Assembly: GCF_009914755.1 (NCBI RefSeq)
Contig: NC_060929.1
Reading direction: 5' to 3' (one strand)
DNA length: 64,000 nucleotides
Source of the DNA: the human T2T-CHM13v2.0 reference genome, Homo sapiens
Shown: positions 27,471 to 43,179 of the stretch, piece after piece
Position numbering within the stretch: position 1 is the first letter of the stretch
Layout: each line of letters starts with the position of its first letter
Translations under genes and position numbers: made by a program
The notes under the pieces: generated by a model
Databases searched by the model: none
Told to the model about the DNA's origin: nothing
The model's input: the letters and a program-made list of their open reading frames with translations, nothing else

Positions 27471-27802
27471 TGTGTCTTAATTCAAGCTGCTATAACAACA
27501 ACAAAAACAATATACACTGACTGGTTTAAACAATAGAAATTTACTTCTCGGAGTTCTGGAGGCTGAGAGTCCAAGATAAAGGTGCCAGTCAATGGTTACA
27601 GGTAAAACCTCCAATCCTTGTCATGTCCTCATAAAGAGACAGAGAGAGAGACCAGACAGAGAGAGAGAGAGAGAGAGAAAGAAAGAGAGAGACTCATGAC
27701 CTAATTATTTCCCAAAGGCCCTGTTTCCAAATATCATCTCAGTGGAATTAGGGTTTTAACATACAAATTTTGGGGGCGACGCAAGTATTTTTAGTCCATA
27801 CC
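27471..27802 (-). mobile_element. MaLR LTR, MLT1A-like, with internal (GA)n
   Basis: TGTGTCTTAATTCAAGCTGCTATAACAA, GTTCTGGAGGCTGAGAGTCCAAGATAAAGGTGCCAG. Confidence 0.75.
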
Positions 27803-29304
27803 AAGTTAGATGCAACTTTACCAAAATTATTGTGGGTAATTTGACAAGGTAAGAGAGGTCAATGAAACATAAATTATATGATAACTTCTTGGTGCTCAGG
27901 CAGTATACCTGCTAGGTTGTCTCCTGGCTAGAGGAATGAAACAAGTAGTATTCAACAAGACCTTGGTAGTGAGTAAAACATGGCATATAAGTTGATTTTT
28001 GTGGGAACGACATAGTCTAAATATTATTTTGATGACATACCTGTGTATTGACCTCTCTTGCATCAAAATGACATAAACATGGAGAAATAATTCTGAAAGT
28101 CAGCAGGAACTTGCAACTCACTTCTGGGAGGGGACCAGTTAGGGGAACTATGATATTAGCCTGTGGCAATGTCGACCTCCACACAGGAGGAAAGAGTAGT
28201 CACATACCCTAAATCTTGCATAACATGGTGTCTTAAAATTTCAATAAATCTACTGAGTTAAATTAACAGCAAAGCAGAAAAATTTGCCAAAGCTATTTAT
28301 AGCTCCATTAAAATGGAAGACAAGTTAAGAAAATGTGTGTTGTAAATAATCATGTCAGAAGTTAGTTAGTGTTTCCTTCAAATATAATCATAGGCCTAAG
28401 AATTTTTATCCAAGATTGATGAAATTTTATTTTACACAACAATAAATGGAACACAAAGGCTGCACATCATTTTTTTGTCATCTGTACATATCACTAAAAA
28501 AAAAGCATCAAACTAAAACAATAAATGTAATATTAAATAGGGATTTTGTAATTGCTAATATTTTTAATACAGAGAAAGAATAATGTTTAATGATTAATTA
28601 CAAAATTGATGAACTAGAATAATGAGAAATCAAGGAGAGCTGAAATTTATGGAACTTTATGATAAACTAATAAAGGACAATTTTATTCCTAGCACTTTAA
28701 TTATTTGCTTTATCATTGCATTTTAAATGCAATTATCAAAAATAAAGGTTATAACTAAGAATTTCAAAAATTCTAATTATAGCAGAATTGGTAACAAAGA
28801 ATTGAATACAGAGGGTGAATCTTATATTGCTTTATTATTATTAAAACTAAGGAAATAATTAGAATTTTGTGTACTGATTTAGCTACTAAGGAAAAGGAGG
28901 GCGTCATCATTTTAAAAATGTTTCCACATTGTCTACAGAAGCCTAGATTATTAAAAAAAGAGTGGCCTCAGATAGATAACTGATTGGAATACACTACAAA
29001 ATCTAGTAGTCAACTTGTTAAGATAACTGCAGATTCCATTTAAGACAGATTGTGAAAAAATATACTGGAAGAAATAGATTTTATTTAATATCCTTAAACA
29101 TAAAACTTTGTTACCTTCTAAAACACTATATTTAGTTTTATTTCTATTTTATAATATTGTATATGATGTGCTTTCTTTTCCAGGTAAAACTAACAAAAGA
29201 CAATAAAATGTTATTAACCTGAGTTATGGTTAAAGTAGAAGAGCTGTGGATATTACACTACACGAAAAAAAATTCTTCCACAGATATTATTTGTGTATGC
29301 ATAC

Positions 29305-29363
29305 ATCGATAGAGATACACATAGATAGATACAGATACAGATAGATATCGATACAGATATAGA
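29305..29363. repeat. (AGATAC/AGATAT)n simple repeat
   Basis: ATAGATAGATACAGATACAGATAGATATCGATACAGATATAG. Confidence 0.75.
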
Positions 29364-32300
29364 CTTGGTTATAGAGACTGAGTTTTTTAATACAGCAAGA
29401 AAAGAGAAATATTTATTTACACTGGATCAACAAAGGAACTAGGCTATTAACTCAGATTGTAATAGTCTAAAATTTTTCCAAAAATTAGGAAAAATAAAAT
29501 ATTTATATGAATTTTACCTGGAAATGTTTCAAAATAGTTTGCAAAGAGTGAGAATGAATTTCAACTTGTGAGTAAAGGGTAAAACCGAAATGAAAGTTAA
29601 AACAAATAGTTTCCCCCTTTCATTATTAGATCATGATTTATTGAAAACAATCTTGATGTTAAATATTGATTAAAATTAATGAAGGTGCAGAGTTCCTAAG
29701 ACCTTGTCATTTTAACGTTATGAATATCTTCACAATGAAAACATTATTCATGTTATTTATGTGAGCTTATATGTACTTTTCCGCATAAATAATTTGTACT
29801 CTTAGTTAGAAACAAATGAACTATGGCTTTTGGTTTGGTTTTGTTTATTTATGAATAAACATTAAGAACTGTGCTTATGAAATTTTCAGGAAATATACTG
29901 AATGCTTTAATGTACTCTGTAACATTGCAACATATAATTTCCCCTCTTCCCTCACTTTTTGATGTAGCTATCATTGCTTTGAGTTTTTATCTACTGGTTA
30001 TTTTAAAGAGCTTAATGGTCTCATTTACTTAAAAGTGGAATAATATTGGACTACTATTTTCTTTTTTTAACCTTTCTAGGTCATTCTACAGTCATTACCT
30101 TCCAGCCTATTTGTTTCTGCAGAATCTACATATGTAATACCTATAAATTTTCTTTTCATATTTGTTCACTCATCCACATCATTAATAAAGTTATTAAGTG
30201 AAGACAAACCCAGCAGTAGCACTCCCTTACCACCTTGAAATATTGTGCTGATGTAGAGGTTGTATCTGATTTAATTCTTCAAGGATTATTAATGTATGTG
30301 GAACTAGCTTTTCAGCCATGGAAATCTTTAGTACATATTTAAGAAAAAGTGATTTAATGCTCAGTAGGGAAATGTTGTCCAAAACAGTGCCTGAAAAAAG
30401 CAGGTATGTGTCCACATTGGGCACACTGCAGGTGGGGTATATTGTTGAGATAGGAAGGAAAAATAAAATGTGAGAAAAGGCAAGAGACAGAAAACAAAGT
30501 GCAGGTCGGGAAGAGACAACTTTAACTTCCACCATTTGTTAATCAATTCTGAAATATTTTCATTTTTACAGCCTAAAATTATGCATGTGTTGGCATTTTT
30601 TTAAATGGATGATATTACAGTTTTCATTCAAGCATTGGTATAGAGCCTAAGCTTTTGTTATGGATGAGATGTTTAGATTCTTAATCTGGAAAATCTATTT
30701 TCCTGTTATTGAAGTCACATATATACATATATGTATATATACTTTTATATATGTGTCTATATATAGTAAAAATGTGTATATTTATTTTAAAAAGTATTTT
30801 GGTTCATGTTTTTGTTCTTAATGTTGTCCTACTAAAATTACTTAATCATAAATCTTTCTACTAACAGTAAGGCAGAAACAGAGTAACAAGGGATTTTTTT
30901 TTTCTATTAAACTGAAGACAGAGAAGTTTGGTATTTATTTTTACCTAATATAGCAAACTTCAAAAAACAATCTATTTCAATAAAAATATTTTCCCCAGCT
31001 ACAGAAATAAACAAGGGATAATATATAATCTAAAAATATAATGGAAGAAAAGGCACAGCATTAAGAGATTGCCTTATTTTCCTTTCTAGCACATCTTGCT
31101 CTTAAAACATCCATTAGTCTATAAAGGGTGCTATTTACAAGGATCAGTTTCCCTGTATTTCTGGGTTGAATGATCCTCTACTTTTACTATCCTTTGCTAA
31201 ACATGACAAAATAAGAAAATAAAAGATGAAGATCTCAAATGACATCAATTTCATTGCCTCTAAAAAGTTGTGATGATGAATGTTACCACTACTCAACTGA
31301 GTTTATGAAAAGGCAAATATACTTTTAAAAATGTAGGGGTGCTTATACAAAGACTTATGTGTTTATGTTTACTTTTTTTATAAAGCTGATTTAATTAAAA
31401 TATTTAGTTAGTAATTTATTGACTCAAATACTTTATGCCTTCTATTTCACATTTTTTACAGGTTTATAAGTCTACATACCTATGTCAATTAGTGAATTTT
31501 CTACCAAGAGTTCATGTTTTGTTGCTTAAAGGCAGATAATTTTTTTATTTAAATAATATTAAAAAGAGGAAAATATTTCAAAATACCAAGATTGGGAGGT
31601 GTCTGGGAGATTTACATGTATTGCTTTTACTAACTATCTAGCACTGGATTTATAAACCAGCTTATTTTTTTAATTTAAAAGCTCTCTGCCTTGCAATTTA
31701 ATTCACATGATCTGCATTAACCATGGCATATTCAAAATTTCATTGATAAATTCTATCCAGTAGTCAATATCGAATTGTAAACTGATGTAATGTGCTTTAA
31801 AATATGAAGATTTAATCTTTAAAATATGAATATTTGATTGAATAATTACTACCACTAAAATCATGTTTACTTATTAGAATTATCATATAGGAATTGTTTT
31901 ATAATGTATATGTTAATTGAATGTGATTTCTTGATACTTAGGATATACGTTAAGTATACATAAACAAATTGGAAATAAAGTTCTGATATACTGTTCCATG
32001 AAAGTTTCAAATCTTTATATTAAAGATTACCATTTGAGTCAGAGGCAATGATAGGATTTTCTGTACTTTATCCACATTTATATATATAAATATATATATA
32101 TATGTTTTCATATAACCTTTCATAAGGATAGAAAAGAGCTATGAATGTTTCTCCATCAGGCATCTTTCAAATACAACATAACAATAACTTCCTTAAGTAT
32201 TTTATTTAGGCAAAAACTATAAAATGATGGAATGGAAAAAGAATTCTCAATGATTAAACCAAAGCAATTATATTTGATTCTGAATTTTAAAAGATTAGTC

Positions 32301-32752
32301 CATCAATTTATATTTAGAGGTTAGAAAACACATTCTGAGAGACAGAAAATTATATTACTTTTCTGACTTCCTGGAGAATATTGTGCTTTGTCAAATTTTA
32401 CATTTATGAGAAGTTTTATATTAAAGCTATAAAATCTATCAGGGTAAGTTAATATGAGTATTTGAAAGTTTCACTGTTAAATTTATATTATCACATATTA
32501 AATGAAAGAACTGTTAACTGTGTACTGAATTCAAAAGTTAATATAGCTTCTCTCTTTTTTAAGAAATGGGACACAATATTAAAAAATTAAAGAGTTTTCA
32601 AATATTTATACTTAAATTTATATCTAAGGAATTATATATAGAATGCATACCTTTCAAGTAGATACTATTGTTGCTGTTAAGATTATTGTCAACAAAATTT
32701 AAATACACAGACTATTAAATAAAGAAACTAAAACAACAAAAAATAACCTCTA

Positions 32753-33060
32753 GGCCAGGTGTCCTGGTTAACCTGTAATCCCAGAACTTTAGAAGCTTGA
32801 GGCAAGAGGATTGCTTGAGACCAATAGTTTGAGACCGGCCTGAGCAGCAAACTGAGACCCTATGTGTATCAAAAAATGTTTTAAAAGTAGCCGGGTACTG
32901 AGGCAGGCATTTGTAATCCAAGCTACTTGGGAGGCTGAGGTGGGAGGTATGCTTGGGCCCAGGATTTTGAGGCTGCAGTGAGCTGTGATTGCACCACAGC
33001 CCTCCAGCCTGAGAGAGAGAGGAGACCTTGTTTCTAAAAACTAACTAAATAAACAATAAT
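32753..33060 (+). mobile_element. AluJ
   Basis: GGCCAGGTGT through GAGGCTGCAGTGAGCTGTGATTGCACCAC, degenerate tail. Confidence 0.9.
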
Positions 33061-34085
33061 GTAAAAAATCTCTCTTTATGTGTATGCTTCTCTTTGCCAG
33101 TGTTTAAGGGTTAAAAAAATCAATATGAGAGATTAACTAAAGTAGCAATTTAGAGTTAAATGAGTGCATTTGCCACTTGAGTGCCGATTGCCTCGCATGA
33201 CAGACAATATTAAGTGCTGATGACTTTAACTTTCACAAGTTTTATGCGATAGGGGGATAAATTTTTACTTAAAATGTGTTAAACTTCGGTTTAATTGCAC
33301 TAATTAATGTCTCAATAGATATACTGTTGTATCTACCTCAAAATGCAAACACCAATGAAGTAATTCATCAGAAGACTTGATATGAATAAAGAATGGAACA
33401 GTAAAGTTGAAGATAAAAAACACAGAAATTGAATAACAAATACAAGTAAGAAACAAGAAGAGTGATAAATAGCAGAACATGGCATCCAAGAGCTGAAGGA
33501 CAGCTCTGGATGCCTAACTTGAACGGATTCATGAAAGAGAACAAGGATGATAAATACTTAATAACAAAATGAATGAGAATTTTCCAAAAGAAGTGAAGGC
33601 AATCAAATCGTAAATCCAAGAAACATTTCTAGAGATATAGGGGCTATGTAAACAAACTAAAAAAAAGGTAAAAAAATTATATGAAGACAAACATAGTTGT
33701 GTTGTATGTATTATATAGTTAAATATACGTTATACAGAGGCACGAAGAAAAGAAGTACAGGAAACCTGTCCTCAGGAACTATTTAACTGTATACTGGAAA
33801 TTTTAACCAGTGTACTAAAGTAAGAAAAATAAACAAAAGGCATACAAATTGGATACGAAGAAATAAAACTCTATTTGATTCGTGGATGGTCTATGCACAA
33901 TATTCCATTATGTACAAAATAATTAAAATTATTAGAAGTGAAGCTGCTAGAAATAAATTGTGAGTACAAAATAATTAAAATTATTAAAAGTGAAGCTACT
34001 AGAAATAAATTGTGAGTTTTGTAATTTCACACTATGCACTATAACACTATAATGTTAATATACAGAATTATTTTTTATATGTAAT

Positions 34086-34813
<728 letters not shown>

Positions 34814-35921
34814 CTATTAATGAACAATTGGAAATTAGAATTTTTTAAAGTTACATTTAAAGTAGCACAAGAAACATGAAATTCTTAATCTAAAAAAACA
34901 TGGAGAAAGGGTAACAAAAACTAAAAAAACACTGGTAAAAGAAATCAAAGAAGAAGTAAATAAGTAAAGAGCTTGGTAGCCAATATTGACAATAAATTAA
35001 TTCTGTTCAAACCAATCCAAAAATTCAATACAAAAATTCAATCCAGTTAAAATTCCTAACAGGATATTTGCAACTAACAAACAAGCTCATTCTAAAACTT
35101 TCAATAGAGAAGCAAAGGAATTATAATAGAAAAATCATTTTGACAATAAAAAATTGAGGAATCCACTGATTTATATGTATACTATATACATATATGTAAT
35201 ATCCATATGTATATCTGTTGGTGACTTTAACCATATGATTCATAATTTCAAAAACTGGTGAATAGTCAAAAAGTTATATACTGTTTCTATTTAATATCAT
35301 GTTAGGAAGAAAAAGAAACAAATCTGATAACATAACAACGTGAATGTGTCTCAGATATATTATGCTATTTAAAAAGCCAGATTTAAAGGCCTATTCAGGA
35401 TGCTGTTTGCTCCCTTGTGTATGACATTCTAGAAAATATAAAACCATAGGGACAGAGAACAGCGATTTCCAAAGACTGAGGGCAGCAGAAATATTGATTC
35501 AAAAGGCACAAAAGGGAATTCTTCTAGGTGATGTTACTGTTCTATATCTTGAGGATGGTATTTGTTATATAACCATCTATGTTTTCAACACACTGCATAC
35601 TTAAAAAGATGACTTTTGCCATATATAAATTTTAATTCGATAAACCTGAGTTTTTAAAACAAAGATTTTCTGTAACCAGTAGACTCATAACACTGTCTTC
35701 CTGCCATTGACTAAGATGGTTTCAATAGTGGATTCCTCTTGTTCATGCCAGCCAATGTGTCTTTTGTTTAACCAAAACCCTTGAAATATCTTTGCCTCAG
35801 GCTTTTATTGCAATTTCCTGTAATTTAAAGACTTCACCCTCCTATTCACAGGAGTTAGTATCTTGAAATGGTAATAACTTGAAAACAGCTATGGTGGGAG
35901 GACTTACTCTTTGAAGTGTAG

Positions 35922-36274
<353 letters not shown>

Positions 36275-38150
36275 GACTTTCTTTTCATTTGGATCACTAG
36301 TTTACCAACATCACTGCCTTTACCCAACTCTATTAACAATTACTTAACCTAGTTTATCAAGTCACTTGTCAAAATAGAGATTTATATTGTTTATATATTT
36401 AATATTTTACAAATCTGTATTTTTGTACTTCACTATCTAATTAAACCTTTGGGGTAACTTTTATGTGTGTCCCAAATAGGACAGGACAGTTATTCATTTC
36501 TTATAATGTATCAGCTAATTTCAAGGAGACATCGGAATTTTTGTGGAGACATCGGAATCTGAAGAGCAAAGTGATTCAAATTGGGTCACAGATTAAATAA
36601 TTTTTAAAATGTTTACTTTAAATATCTTAAAAAACTTTAAGGAGAAAATTAATTTTTCTATATTGTTCTTGGCCTTAAAATATACATTAAGCATTAGTTT
36701 TCTGGCTTTTGATGTTTTTCATAAAATTAGCTCAAAAAATGCAAAAAGCTTGTATGAATATATAAGGGCCTTTGTAATCATATTGTAATTGCTTGACATA
36801 GTTAATTTCTTGATTTCTGACTCTGGCATCTGAGTTTCATAATTGTTATGTAATTACTCTATTTTTTTAAATAATTCATGTTTTTAAATGGAAGTTTCAG
36901 TCTCAGATCTTTTCTATTTCATGCAATAAATAATTTTTAGCAGTAAAGAATTATTTGGCAATAAATATTTTTTGAGACGTCATGCTTCAATGATATAATT
37001 TAGTCCACTTTCTGCTTGAAAATATGCAAAGAAGAAATCTCTTGTTGGTATTAATTTCAGAAGTCGTCTTTGCACACACAATGATGATCATTCTATTTTC
37101 CTTAGATAATTCATAGTAGTGTAACCCAATAATATAATCTTAGATGTGTAACTTACATACATGCAAGTGGCACATGAAGCATGTGGTGTACTGAGATGAA
37201 AATAAGCTTGTAAAAGTCATTGGTTACCTAACTGCGGCTTGGTACCTAGCACACCCTACCTGCAACGGTCCCAACAGTTACACTGGCTCTATTTGACTTA
37301 GATGATGCAGGGGTGGGTTCAAAATTCCTCTCTTTTTCCTAATTACATAAGACTGAGCATCCCTTCCCTTGTCTCAATCTGGGATTTTGAGAGTTTATTA
37401 TAAGATCCCCAGTGAAAATCCACCCAGGTGGTTCTTCCCTACCCTCTTTAAATGTTCACACCCTAGTGTGAACAAGCTAGAAGTGGATTCTATGAGGCAG
37501 TGACAACAGACCATGTTCAACTTCTACACTCCTTGATGTTTGTGTATTGGAAGGAGGTGTGACAAGATGCCAGGCACCAGAATTTCAGGTTGGTCTTTAT
37601 GGAATTCTTGAACTCTAGGGCTGCATCCCTCCCTATAATGAGGCAAAGTTGGGAAAGTAGAAAGTTCAATGCAGCCTATGATTTTTACTTCATGGTTTTC
37701 TATAACCTAATACATATCACATTCAATTATGTGTTAACTCGTGAGCATTCAAATTAATCGAGCATGCTTTACCAAAATATTGTCATTATTTTGGTTATTA
37801 TAAATTATATATGGCCATGATCAGTGCTATAGGGCAAGACTATATCATTTTTTACTTCTAGGCTAAAAGGATTATGTTCCTACACATGAATTATGTAACT
37901 TTTTAAAAAAATAGTGATATTTTTCTATTAGAAGTTAAAGCAATTAGTTCTTTACAACATTGGCTACATACTCAAATCAACTGATTCCTGGGTTTCCCCT
38001 AAATCCAAGTAAATCAGGCAGAGAGCAAAACTAAGGAACAGTATTTTCAAAGCTGACCAGGATTGACAATGACTGGTATTCAAATAGCTGTGAATTTGTG
38101 CAAATGTAGCAGAAGATAGCAAAGGGCTTCTGGATATGCCAATTATTATT

Positions 38151-38713
38151 TATTTATTTTTATTATACTTTAAGTTCTAGGGTACATGTGCACAATGTGC
38201 AGGTTTGTTACATATGTATACATGTGCCATGTTGGTGTGCTGCAGCCATTAACTCGTCATTTACATTAGGCATATCTCCTAATGCTATCCCTGCCCCCTC
38301 CTCCCACCCCACGACAGGCCCCGGTGTGTCGTGTTCCCCACCCTGTGTCCAGGTGTTCTCATTGTTCAATTCGCACCTATGAGTGAGGACATGCGGTGTT
38401 TGGTTTTCTGTCCTTGCGATAGTTTGCTCAGAATGATGGTTTCCAGCTTCTAGAACTGGAAATACCATTTGGCCCAGCCATCCCATTACTGGATATATAC
38501 CCAAAGGATTATAAATCATGCTGCTATAAAGACACATGCACACATATGTTTATTGCAGCACTATTCACAATAGCAAAGACTTGGAACCAACCCAAATGTC
38601 CATCCATGATAGACTGGATTAAGAAAATGTGGCACATATACACCATGGGAATACTATGCAGACATAAAAATGTATGAGTTCATGTCCTTTGTAGGGACAT
38701 GGATGAAGCTGGA
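38151..38713 (-). mobile_element. L1PA insertion with 5' inversion (twin priming)
   Basis: 3'UTR on minus strand 38151-38450, upstream ORF2 piece on plus strand 38451-38713, flanked by TSD CTGGATATGCCAATTATTATT. Confidence 0.93.
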
Positions 38714-39074
38714 TATGCCAATTATTATTAAAATAATTTTTGGGTTAAGCTGATTTTTACTTTTCTGAAAGAAAGATCTAAACACAATGCCTATAATAAA
38801 TCTTAGAAATTGTCTGTCTCCATTGGTGAGATTAGTCAGTATAAACACTAACATATATAAATAAAACCAAACAACAGTTACTCTTTTCCATAATATTATG
38901 CTTTTGTGTTCAATGAAATATTTAATTTAATTACTAAATTTCTAGCATTTCTCTGAAGGATAAAACAAATAAGCAAACAAACAAATTAACAAGAAAAACC
39001 CAAAATAACTTCAATGAATTAAAACTGTCTAGTGCTGCCTTTCCTATAATTATTGTCACCAAATAAAGTGCCTA

Positions 39075-39530
39075 TTGGACAGAGATGGCTGGTTAACTGC
39101 AATCTCCATTGACCCTTTCGCCATCAGTAAAAATGTCCTCTAATGCTTAGCTGGACACATGATCACCAGGAATAAATGCTATATTCCCAATCTTTTCTTA
39201 ACATAGGGCATGACGCATGTGACCAATTTCTGACCTATGTTGTGTAAGGGGAAGTAACACGTGTAACTTCTGAGAAGCTGACTTACATGCAGGAGGCATG
39301 TCCTATCTCTGTGCTTTCTTCCTTCTTGGAAAGGCAGCTGTGATGGCTAGATCTGGGGCAGCCATGGGGCAACATGAGAAGCAGCAGTACTTGGAGGTGC
39401 AAAGCAACAAGATAATAGGCATCTGGATTTCTGATGATCATGAAGACATCATACCTGAACTGGGGTGTGTGCATATCCCTGAGAGGCAAAAAATGTCTAT
39501 ATTGTTTCCGTGAGCTCTTAGCCTACACTG
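39075..39530 (+). mobile_element. Old MaLR LTR (MLT1I/J-like)
   Basis: CATGTGACCAATTTCTGACC, GTGATGGCTAGATCTGGGGCAGCCATG. Confidence 0.5.
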
Positions 39531-40071
39531 CACATACGAATTATCAGAGAACTTTCAAAATTTATCAAATGCCCATTCCTATTAAGGTATCTGGAAACTT
39601 ATTCTTGGCCTATAATTTTCCACTGGGTCAACTATAACCCAAGTTTATCTGTCTTCTATATCCAGAGACTGTACCCTGCTCCTATGCAGTCTTGCTCTCT
39701 CCATAGCTTCATATGTGCAGCAGCACTCACCCTCTGCCTTCCATAACCAGGAGTGGGGCGCTACCTTCCCTCAGCTGACTCCTGTGCTGCAGAAACTTGC
39801 TAAGAAACACGGAGCATATGTTTCAGACTCAGAATAAAATTATTTTTACAGTCACCAAGTTTTAGAGATTCTGATTTAGTGTATCTGGGTGTATCCAGGG
39901 TACCAGTGTGATCCCTTCTCACTCAAATGAAAATTACTGGAACTTGATGTTATTTGGTATTCAGTTACACAAAGCTGAGTGTAACTGATTGGTTAATAGT
40001 AAAAGTTTTGATATCAGTAAAATAGTTGAATTATTCTAAACCATAACTTTGTAGCTACATGATTTGGGTGA

Positions 40072-40368
<297 letters not shown>

Positions 40369-41934
40369 TGAGATGATGTTTTTGAGCCACAGTATTCCCA
40401 TCAGTAAACCAGATATACTAATTGTAAGTTCAGGTATTTTTGTGACACATATATTATTGAAATTATTATTATTAAATTACTGACTTTAATAATACATTCT
40501 TAAATTAGTTATTATTATAATAACAATTAATATTGAAAGCAGTTTATAAACTTGCGTGGTGCTAGGGGGCACTACAATGTAAAGGAATTTATGTAATAAC
40601 AAAAGTAAAGATGCAACATTTGATTTTATTTTTCATGTTTTGTAATGCAAAAATTAACTGTCCTTTTATTTAAATTACAGCACATGCAAATTAACTTTTA
40701 GGTATATAATTATTCTGAATTATTTCAGAAAACTATTATGGTCTCATCACTGGATTAAAAAATGTAATAATATTCTCAGTTTAAAGAAAATGCACAGGTT
40801 TTAAATCCTCTGTGATAAGGGCCCATGAACTTGGAGCTGCTGATTTTTTTTTTTTAAATTTGCAGGGTTTTTACATAACAAATTATCAGAAACCAAAGCA
40901 CCCAGATATCAGACTATGAATAGAAAACATCTTTCCTGAACAAGTACAGGCTTTATTACTTAATTGTATTTACACTGATGAGTGCACACAAAGAAAAATC
41001 AATTTGTGGGAGTTTATTTCATTGGTATTGAAATTGTATCTTCCTTGAAAAACTTGGCACAAAGTGCCTAGTTTGTCTCCCAGTTCATTATATTATTATT
41101 TTACTATATTCTGTGCTGTTATGTAGTTTTATATGGGCTCACTAGTTGAGTGTTCAAAATTGCTTTTCTAAACTATAGAATATTAACTTCCAGTATTTAC
41201 CAAAAAAAACTTATTTATTAAAAAAATCACAATAAAAGGGCATAAAATAAATATAAATACTCAACATTTTCAAGGTTCTTCTGGAATCATTCTGAAAGCA
41301 TTAAAAGGAGAGGCTGGAAATCTGCGTTTATAATATTGGCAATTTCCCTACCTACTTAATAGTAACATTAAAGCTTCCTCAGTATGCTTTCTGAAACAAG
41401 TAAAAATGTTCTTTTACCTTAACTTATACTGTGGAAAATCTCAAAGGAATGCTAGAAAACCATTCCAATGTACTCACCCAAACAACACAAAATACCCACA
41501 CCTTCTCCAATTCAAACAATCATTTAATTAATCAAAAGAGCTGAGATGCACTCCCTCTCTACCTCATAAGGGCTTCCATCATGAACTTGATTGTGTCCTA
41601 AATTCAGTCCTCCAGGAGAAGCTCATCACCCTCCCCATGTCCTGAATGTCAGAATCCAAAGCTGGAAACTGCATCCTACTTAATCTTTATGTTTTTTGAA
41701 AAAGTTTATCTTTCTTCCCAGGAATAAAAACATCTATTCTCTGAGGCACATGTAAGCATTTATCCTTCAGTATAATGAACTTTTTTAGTCACACTGTTAA
41801 TGACAAGCTGACATAAATTTTTTTCTGCTCCCACCTTCAAAGCTCCAAGCCCTGTATTCTTACAGGATGATATTCATAAACTATTCGACCTTAGCTTCCC
41901 TCCACTTAAGCCTTTCTTGCTCAGAATCACTCCT

Positions 41935-42450
41935 TTTATTAGTTATCTGTTGATGCTTAACATATTACCTCCAAAACTTAGTGGATTAAAACAACAAACA
42001 TTCATTATGCCAACTTCTCTGGGTCAAGAACTATATCAGAATTAGTAAGGCCCTCTAGCTCAAGGACTCTCATAAGGCTGCCATCATTTAAAAGCCTTAC
42101 TTAGGGAAGATTCACTTCTAAGATTAATCATGTGGCTGGGGGCAGTCCCCAGGTCCTTCCTTGCTGGCTGTGACTGGTGACACTGGCTCCGTGCTATGTG
42201 GACTTCTTAATAGGCAGCGCCCAACATAGAAGTCAGCTTCCCTTACAATGAAAGAGAGAGAGAGGATTCCCAAGACAGAAGCCACAGTCTTTGTGCAACC
42301 TAATGTTGGAAGTGATATCCATCACTTCTGCCACAGTCGATTTGATAGTGAAGTGGGATAAATTCAACTAGGACAACAGAGTAGAAGATTCCTCAAGGAG
42401 TTACCTCTACCAGGGGTACAAGTGACATGGAGCAATTTTAGAGGCTGCTT
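41935..42450 (-). mobile_element. MaLR LTR (MLT1F/G-like)
   Basis: TTAGTTATCTGTTGATGC..CCAAAACTTAGTGGATTAAAACAACA, CATCACTTCTGCCACA. Confidence 0.6.
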
Positions 42451-42924
42451 ACCAAACCCATGAAATGTATAATGACAAAACATGATATTCCTCTTAAATG
42501 ACTAAATAAGCACACCACTCTTTGATCAATCTCCTGTCTGTTCAGTGTGGCAACAATTCCCACTGCAGCTGTTCTCCTGCCTCACTAAGACTTTCAATCC
42601 ACTGGTGCCTCAGCCTTCGCCTATTGCATTATGATCCTCCTGCGGTCAGTTACTCCCACAAGCAAACTAACAATGGCTCTTCTCAACACTGGCTTTATGT
42701 TAGAATTGCCTGAGGAGGTTCCAAAGATACATATGAGTGCCTTGGCCCCAATTGAGATTGGCTGACCCAGTGTCTCTGGGACCTGGCATTCTATTGTGAT
42801 ACTAATATGCAGCAATAGTTGGGAATCAATACTGTAGATTCCATTACTGAATATTTTAAAATGTAATTGCCAGTAACATAAAACCAGAATTGACATACTG
42901 CTTCCCTTGGGCTAAATACAATCC

Positions 42925-43080
42925 ATCACCTATTTTTTAAATAAATTCTTATTGGAACGCAGCCACATTTTCTTATTGTCCATGGTTGCTTTTGCAGAAC
43001 ATGGGAGAACTGAGTACTTCCTACAGAGACAATATGGCTCACAAAATAAAAATATTTACTATCTGGCCCTTTGCTTAAAA
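42925..43080 (+). mobile_element. MER58A-like hAT-Charlie DNA transposon
   Basis: AAATAAATTCTTATTGGAACGCAGCCAC through AAAATATTTACTATCTGGCCCTTT. Confidence 0.75.
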
Positions 43081-43122
43081 AAAATTACTGAGTTTTGACC
43101 TATCCCCTTTCACATCTTCATT

Positions 43123-43156
<34 letters not shown>

Positions 43157-43179
43157 GGTTGCTTTTGGTTTTGTCCTTT

